Source of the DNA: a virus
Taxonomy: Duplodnaviria > Caudoviricetes
DNA length: 41,286 bases
IMG/VR virus record: IMGVR_UViG_3300049015_000086
Coordinates: 1 to 41,286 of that record
Reading direction: 5' to 3' (one strand)
In this document: positions 36,539 through 41,286 of the stretch, piece after piece
Layout of the letters: each line of letters opens with the position of its first letter
Numbering within the stretch: the first letter of the stretch is position 1
Program-made: the position numbers and the translations under genes
The notes under the pieces: generated by a model
The model's database searches: none
The model's input: the letters and a program-made list of their open reading frames with translations, nothing else
Told to the model about the DNA's origin: nothing

Positions 36539-37188
36539 TGTCTTTCAGTTCAAAAAATCCTTTCCAGCCCTTGCCCATGCTCTGGTGCATAATGGCTATG
36601 GCGGTTTGTTCGTTCAGCGCCGAGAGGTTGCCCAGCTCTGCCACAGCGGCCTGTTCGCTCTGCGCGCTCCGGTAGCGCTGGTTGTGTTCCTTGGCACGGT
36701 ATTGCTTCCATGCCTCCCACTGCTGCGTGAATTCTTCCGAAGCGAAAGGGTAAACTACGGCCGTCGCCAATGGTTTTTCTCCCGAACCCTCTTTTCCTTT
36801 TCCGGTTACAACTTCAATTTCATTTTCAATTTCAATTTCCATATGTTGGTCATATGATGAAGATGTGCTTTTAACTGAAGTTTCTTTTTCTGATGTTTTA
36901 CCCGATCGGTTTTTACGTCTGCTTTCGCTGTAAGCCCTGCGTTTATTGATGCCATCCATAACCCATTCTATGTAAAAGCCCGCCGGGGTTTCTACCAGGA
37001 CATTTTTAAGCTGGGCGATCTCTTCTGCCGAAAAATTCTTTGTGAAGAAATTAAACTGTGCCGCAGACACGCAGGTGTTCCTCATATGTTCGCACATAAT
37101 ACGGTCAGGCAACCTGCACGGGTTCGCTTAGGCATTGGGTATCTCGCAGGTAATCGCCGGGATAGAATAGAAATGCCGGGTCTTTCAT
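36453..37188 (-). pseudogene. Phage replication initiator (DUF1376/YdaU-like N-terminus) broken by a frameshift after codon 27
   Basis: ATG 37188, TAATG-coupled to the upstream gene, gives MKDPAFLFYPGDYLRDTQCLSEPVQVA then TGA at 37105-37107; the rest (DRIMCEHMR..RRAYSESRRKNR..WEAWKQYR..SMGKGWKGFF) continues in the +1 frame. Confidence 0.8.
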
Positions 37189-37439
37189 TATACTCTTACC
37201 AGGTTATCAATTATCACGTTGTTATAAGTGCCTTTGCTTCCGCAGATGTGGAATTCCAGTTCGGCAACATCGCCTGGAAGGAAGTCCTGCAATACCTCTA
37301 TTTTGGTTCCCAGGGCAGAAGGGTAAAACACCCGCCCGCTGGCCTCCTGCTCAAAGTGGAGCTGCTGTACTGCTGTACCTAATTTTGTTGTTTTTATGTC
37401 GCCTATGGCGGTGATAATGCCTTTTATTTTGTAGTTCAT
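37188..37439 (-). CDS. DUF3127-like OB-fold (SSB-like) protein
   Basis: YKIKGIITAIG..FLPGDVAELEFHICG..YNNV. Confidence 0.6.
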   Translation of the reverse strand: MNYKIKGIITAIGDIKTTKLGTAVQQLHFEQEASGRVFYPSALGTKIEVLQDFLPGDVAELEFHICGSKGTYNNVIIDNLVRV

Positions 37440-37481
37440 TTTCTTTTAGATTTAAAATTTAATGATTGAAAAATTGAAAGA

Positions 37482-37925
37482 TTGATGGAACACAGATTGA
37501 ACAGATTTGACAGATTCCCACTGATTTATGGTGCCGAATGAACATTGATTGTGAGGGTTCTGTCATTCCGACGTAAGGAGACACGAGGCGATAGACGACT
37601 GGCGAAGCAAATCTCAATAAAGAGATTCTTCGACTACACTACGTTTCGCTCAGGATGACAAGTCGCCCGAGTGATGTTGGCTCCCCTCTCCTTGGGAGAG
37701 GGGCTGGGGGAGAGGACTTACTCTTCTTTTGTCTTGAAAACAAGGGGCGAAAAAGCTTCACTCTCGCCGACCTCACCCCAACCCTCTCCAAAGGAGAGGG
37801 AGTCGCTTCACTCTTCCCTGAAAGTAGCACGTGCTGTAGTATACGTTTGAGTGTTCCCCTCTTGAGAGGGGGGTGTGTTATCTAATAATCTAACGGTCTA
37901 ATAATCTAACGGTCTAATAATCTAA
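37482..37925. repeat. Composite repeat field inside the early operon
   Basis: cacagattgaacagatttgacagat, gtcattccgacgtaagg, gagattcttcgac..ctcaggatgaca, REPs near 37682 and 37770, (tctaataatctaacgg)n at 37881-37925. Confidence 0.8.
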
Positions 37926-38173
37926 CTATCCTTTTTAGCATTCTCCAGACACAGCCGGTTGGCTATGTGGTTAAAATCGAGGCAGCCTATCTCTCTGCCG
38001 GTTAGTTTTGTGTAGGTCACGGCAGGGGCAAGGTTGGCCAGCGCATGGAAGAAGTCGGCGGCATTGCCATTGTCTTCCAGATCGTGGACGTTGATGTGGT
38101 TCTCGCAGTCTTCCTCAAACAATTCCTGCAACTGGCTAAGGATCTTTATGGTGTATTCTTCTTGTTTATTCAT
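37922..38173 (-). CDS. Small early phage protein
   Basis: ATG 38173 (MNKQEEY); DFFHALANLAP..DFNHIANRL. Confidence 0.65.
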   Translation of the reverse strand: MNKQEEYTIKILSQLQELFEEDCENHINVHDLEDNGNAADFFHALANLAPAVTYTKLTGREIGCLDFNHIANRLCLENAKKDS

Positions 38174-38303
38174 CTTTTGGATTTTTTGAAAGGGAACACA
38201 GATTTGACAGATTAAAGCGATTTCCACTGATTAATATGGGTGCGCCTATAGTAGAATATCTGTGATCATCAGTTAAATCGGTTGAATCTGTGTTCCATTT
38301 TAA

Positions 38304-38567
38304 TTAATTATAATTCACGGCTCCCACTTCCTGCGCTACGAGGTTGTTGTACTGTATGCCGCTGTTCTTGGATATCTTTCCTTCCAGGGTTACGGTTACC
38401 TGTATTTCGTCGTTTTCCTTGAAGGCGGCGATATCGTCCATGCGGCGTCCGCGGAATTCTACAAAGGCACGCTGGCGGTGGTCGGGCACCAGGGTTACTA
38501 CTTTTTTCTCGTGTCCGGCTGTGTTGCGGTACTCAATGCTTTCGATTGTTCCTTTGATTGTCATCAT
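38304..38567 (-). CDS. DUF3127-like OB-fold (SSB-like) protein
   Basis: MTIKGTI..FVEFRG..FKENDEIQVTVTLEGK..YNNL. Confidence 0.7.
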   Translation of the reverse strand: MMTIKGTIESIEYRNTAGHEKKVVTLVPDHRQRAFVEFRGRRMDDIAAFKENDEIQVTVTLEGKISKNSGIQYNNLVAQEVGAVNYN

Positions 38568-38621
38568 TTTGTTTTTTTATTTTAGATTGAAAAATTGAAG
38601 TATTGAAATATTGTTGAGTTG

Positions 38622-39129
38622 TGGTTTCACAGAGATTCCCGGAGGTTTCACAGAGACTCGCAGAGCTTTTTTTTATGAACAGCACCAATTCTTTGTGTAT
38701 CTCTGTGCCTCCTCTGTGCATCTCAGCGTAATTGCAGCTTATTCAAAATTTATAATTCAGCATTTAAAATAATTTGCAGCTTCGTTATCTTCTCCTCCAG
38801 TTCCCTTAAATCCCTTTCCTGTTCGGCCATTCGGTTAAAGACGGTGTAATAGGGGAGTGTCTTCAGGTTTTGAATCTGCTTTTCGCATTCGCGGATGCGG
38901 GTTTTGAGCTTCATGGTTAGTTGTTGCGTTGTTGAGTTGTTGAGTTGTTAGGCTTTGGGTTTGGGGTTGTTGGTTTCACAGAGATTCCCGGAGATTTCAC
39001 CGAGACTCACAGAGTTTTATTATAAACAGTTTTTAGAGTAACCCTTTGTGTATCTCTGCGCCTCCTCTGTGCATCTTTGTGTAATAGCTGCCTGCATTTA
39101 AAATTTATAATTCAACATTTAAAATAATT
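38622..39129. repeat. Direct repeat of about 155 bp (38622-38774 and 38971-39129), CACAGAG..CTCTGTG hairpin family
   Basis: tggtttcacagagattcccgga..ctttgtgtatctctg..aaaatttataattca-catttaaaataatt in both. Confidence 0.85.
38750..38914 (-). CDS. Small coiled-coil early protein (54 aa, not in the ORF track)
   Basis: MKLKTRIRECEKQIQNLKTLPYYTVFNRMAEQERDLRELEEKITKLQIILNAEL*, on the phage strand. Confidence 0.55.
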   Translation of the reverse strand: MKLKTRIRECEKQIQNLKTLPYYTVFNRMAEQERDLRELEEKITKLQIILNAEL

Positions 39130-39487
39130 ACTCCGTTATCTTATATCGCTTATCACTATAAAAGTGCATTATTGCACGGTTCTCTAATTCGGTGGTTTCA
39201 TATCGCTTAAATTTCATTCGTAATTCGGTGACGGGTTTCGGGTTGGGGGTTACGGGTTTCGGGTTATGGGTTTCGTCCTCTTCTCTTTTGGCCAGTGCCT
39301 TTTGGCTATTGGCTAACTCCTCATATAGCTTCTTCAAATTCTCACTTACGACCAGTTTATTCTCCTTCACTAATGTGGCATTTTCCACTTGTTGTTGGCC
39401 TTCATACGAGGCTAAAAAATGATTATAGGCCGACTTTATTACACTTAGTTCCACAATTTCTGCTGCTATTGTGTTGGTTGTACGCAT
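39128..39487 (-). CDS. First gene of the leftward early operon, coiled-coil protein without a recognisable HTH
   Basis: Divergent from the repressor; contains an NPKPVT repeat. Confidence 0.65.
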   Translation of the reverse strand: MRTTNTIAAEIVELSVIKSAYNHFLASYEGQQQVENATLVKENKLVVSENLKKLYEELANSQKALAKREEDETHNPKPVTPNPKPVTELRMKFKRYETTELENRAIMHFYSDKRYKITE

Positions 39488-39494
39488 TTTTGTG

Positions 39495-39560
39495 TATCTT
39501 TGTTCAAGTATTATGCAAAATTAAGTGCAATATTCCACATTTGCAAGTGTAATTGTGGAA
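39495..39560. promoter_or_regulatory. Immunity switch: leftward promoter, possible rightward promoter and candidate operator
   Basis: Minus strand TTG(39544-39546)-N20-TAATTTTG(39516-39523); plus strand TATCTTTG 39495-39502; inverted repeat TTCCACA-N14-TGTGGAA 39533-39560. Confidence 0.6.
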
Positions 39561-39612
39561 AATTTCACTCAGAATGGAAATTTAACTTTTGGTGTCAGAT
39601 AAGTTTTGGATT

Positions 39613-40344
39613 ATGGAAGCACATGAAATAAGGGAAAGGCGCGAAAAGCTTGGGCTTACGCAAAAAGAGCTGGGCGACCTCATTGGCGCAAGCCGCGAAA
39701 CGATAATTAATTACGAAAAGGGCAAGCCTATCCCGAAGTCGAAAGACGAGATACTAAGCAAGGTCCTGGAGCCGGGGAGTGTATACACTAAGTCGGTGAA
39801 GAGCGAAGTCGTAAAGGAGAGCGACAACTTTGAGAATAAGAACGGCAACCGCTTTATCGAACTTCCTAACGGACAGTTCTATATGCTTATGCCTTTAGCC
39901 GAATTCAAGATTCAGGCGGGCCTGCTGAGCCATTACCAGGACGCCGACTTCCTGATGGATCTTAGCCAGCACGGCATTCTTGTCGATAAGCCGGTGCAGG
40001 GGCGTTATGTCGCTTTCCGCGTTAATGGCGACAGTATGGATGACGGTTCGAGCGAGGCCATTACCCGCAATAGTGTGGTGTCTACCCGCGAGCTACAACG
40101 CCATTTATGGAACGGCAAGCTGCGTTTTAAGGACTTTCCGTATTGGGTCATCTATACCACACAATCAAAGATGCCGCTCCTTAAGGAGATTGTAGACCAT
40201 AACGTAGAGGAGGGCTATATTACCTGCCACTCCCTGAATGACAGCCCTGAATTCTCCGACTTCCGCCTTAATATGAACGATATCCAGGCGCTGTTCTACG
40301 TGATTGATGTGAGCCGGACAGTGAGCAAGAAGATGGTTTATTAG
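39613..40344 (+). CDS. CI-like repressor: XRE HTH plus S24 autopeptidase
   Basis: REKLGLTQKELGDLIGASRETIINYEKG HTH; Ala-Gly site IQAG; catalytic Ser in VNGDSM; candidate Lys in LLKEI. Confidence 0.92.
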   Translation: MEAHEIRERREKLGLTQKELGDLIGASRETIINYEKGKPIPKSKDEILSKVLEPGSVYTKSVKSEVVKESDNFENKNGNRFIELPNGQFYMLMPLAEFKIQAGLLSHYQDADFLMDLSQHGILVDKPVQGRYVAFRVNGDSMDDGSSEAITRNSVVSTRELQRHLWNGKLRFKDFPYWVIYTTQSKMPLLKEIVDHNVEEGYITCHSLNDSPEFSDFRLNMNDIQALFYVIDVSRTVSKKMVY

Positions 40345-40401
40345 GAGGTTGAGTTGGTTATTTGGTTATTCGGTTAGTTGGAGCTTTACTTCAGGATAAT
40401 G

Positions 40402-40560
40402 GAACGCGGATGACGCGGATTGAGCTGATAATCGCGGATTAGCTTTTAGCACCGTTTTGTCATGCTGAGCTTGTCGAAGCATCTCCACATAATAATGCAG
40501 TTCCTGTCATTGAGTGGAGGAACGGCGCGGCAATCTTTGGGAGAGGGGCTGGGGAGAGGA
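40402..40560. repeat. Composite repeat field at the right end of the element
   Basis: aacgcggatgacgcggat, gtcatgctgagcttgtcgaagcatct, and gtcattgagtggaggaacggcgcggcaatc fused to a half REP. Confidence 0.75.
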
Positions 40561-41286
40561 TTATTTTTGCCTTTTCTTCCGGCGTGCCTCTCTTTTCTTT
40601 TTCATATACTCTTTATAAGGTAAAATTTTCCCCGCAACCCAAGCACCACCCATGCTGTAAGCGTCAAATGGAATGATTCGTTGAAATGTTTCATATACCT
40701 TGCGATAACCTATAATTGAGAGTAATTCACTTTTAAACTGCTCAATTGCGACTGCCTGTGGTAATTCAGGGAAAATCTTCGGGCTCCAGTAGGTCTTTAT
40801 ACCGTGAATATCGCTTTTCTTTTGCTGTAAAGCATAGCTGATTCCATCAAATCCCTGTCCCCATCCAACAATATACTCTTTTGAAGGAATAGTGTCAATA
40901 GCTGTCGAATCGATTAATGCTAATGCCTTTTGGGCCTGGTCTTTAGTGAGGGCAACTTTTAGTCTGAATAGTTGGTCTTTTGTATGATACTCGTCCTCAT
41001 TTTTCGCAACAATTATTATATCTCCAAAGGTGTCGTCACCATTCTTATATATTGTAATAGCTGAGTAATTAAATGACAACCTAAAGCTATAGTCGTTATT
41101 ATTATCGGCTAAAGGCTCAAGGTTGAGTGTGTGTTCAATTTTTTGGAGGGATTCAACGGAAATAGATTTTCTTCGTTGCCTCTCTGTTTCTACCTCATTT
41201 TCCTTTACGACCTCAGATAAAGTTTTTACCTGGCTGTATAATGAAGCGCTGATACTAAGCAATAGTAAAATAAATAGTCTTCTCAT
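40561..41286 (-). CDS. Secreted protein of unknown function (host flank)
   Basis: Signal peptide SLYS-Q; GWGQGFDGISY..YWSP motif; basic tail. Confidence 0.7.
   Translation of the reverse strand: MRRLFILLLLSISASLYSQVKTLSEVVKENEVETERQRRKSISVESLQKIEHTLNLEPLADNNNDYSFRLSFNYSAITIYKNGDDTFGDIIIVAKNEDEYHTKDQLFRLKVALTKDQAQKALALIDSTAIDTIPSKEYIVGWGQGFDGISYALQQKKSDIHGIKTYWSPKIFPELPQAVAIEQFKSELLSIIGYRKVYETFQRIIPFDAYSMGGAWVAGKILPYKEYMKKKREARRKKRQK

Larger units (their letters stand above)
526..40344 (-). mobile_element. Siphovirus-like prophage or phage-derived element lacking an integrase (grounded; possibly GTA-like)
   Basis: Co-oriented terminase, portal, protease, capsid, tail, tape measure and lysis genes plus divergent CI repressor; no recombinase ORF between the host-like flanking genes; no sheath gene recognised. 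Confidence 0.85.

Noticed and set aside
36833-36900. Iteron-type origin inside the initiator gene
   Set aside because: Only two CATATG and loose GATGT repeats plus codon-level EIE repeats; too degenerate to call
1-41286. Integrase, att sites, tRNA or rRNA genes
   Set aside because: No tyrosine or serine recombinase motifs, no direct repeat shared by the two ends that I could see, no tRNA or rRNA; an integrase outside the window cannot be excluded

Overview
Chromosomal DNA from a Flavobacteriaceae-like (Bacteroidota) bacterium, judged from TAnnTTTG promoters, the gene families and the repeat families. Almost the whole window (about 526-40344) is one siphovirus-like prophage element on the minus strand, bounded by two host-like genes. 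From right to left it holds a divergent CI/S24 repressor, small early genes, two DUF3127-like OB-fold genes, a frameshifted replication initiator, terS/terL, tail genes, tape measure, a Cys-rich gene plus an HTH gene, Clp-type prohead protease, major capsid, putative tail tube, portal, adaptor, tail fibre plus a decayed paralog, holin, M15 endolysin and a u-spanin-like gene. I see no integrase, excisionase, Cro or att site. The intergenic spaces carry several REP-like and oligonucleotide repeat families. The operon is interrupted by cargo genes, mostly antisense and often in paralogous pairs or triplets, and by an AT-rich HipA-like kinase/DUF3037 pair on the phage strand. Packaging, head, tail and lysis genes are intact while replication is broken and integration is missing, so this is a candidate domesticated, SOS-inducible gene-transfer-agent/PBSX-like element. 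That last point is inference. All family assignments come from reading motifs by eye, not from database searches.
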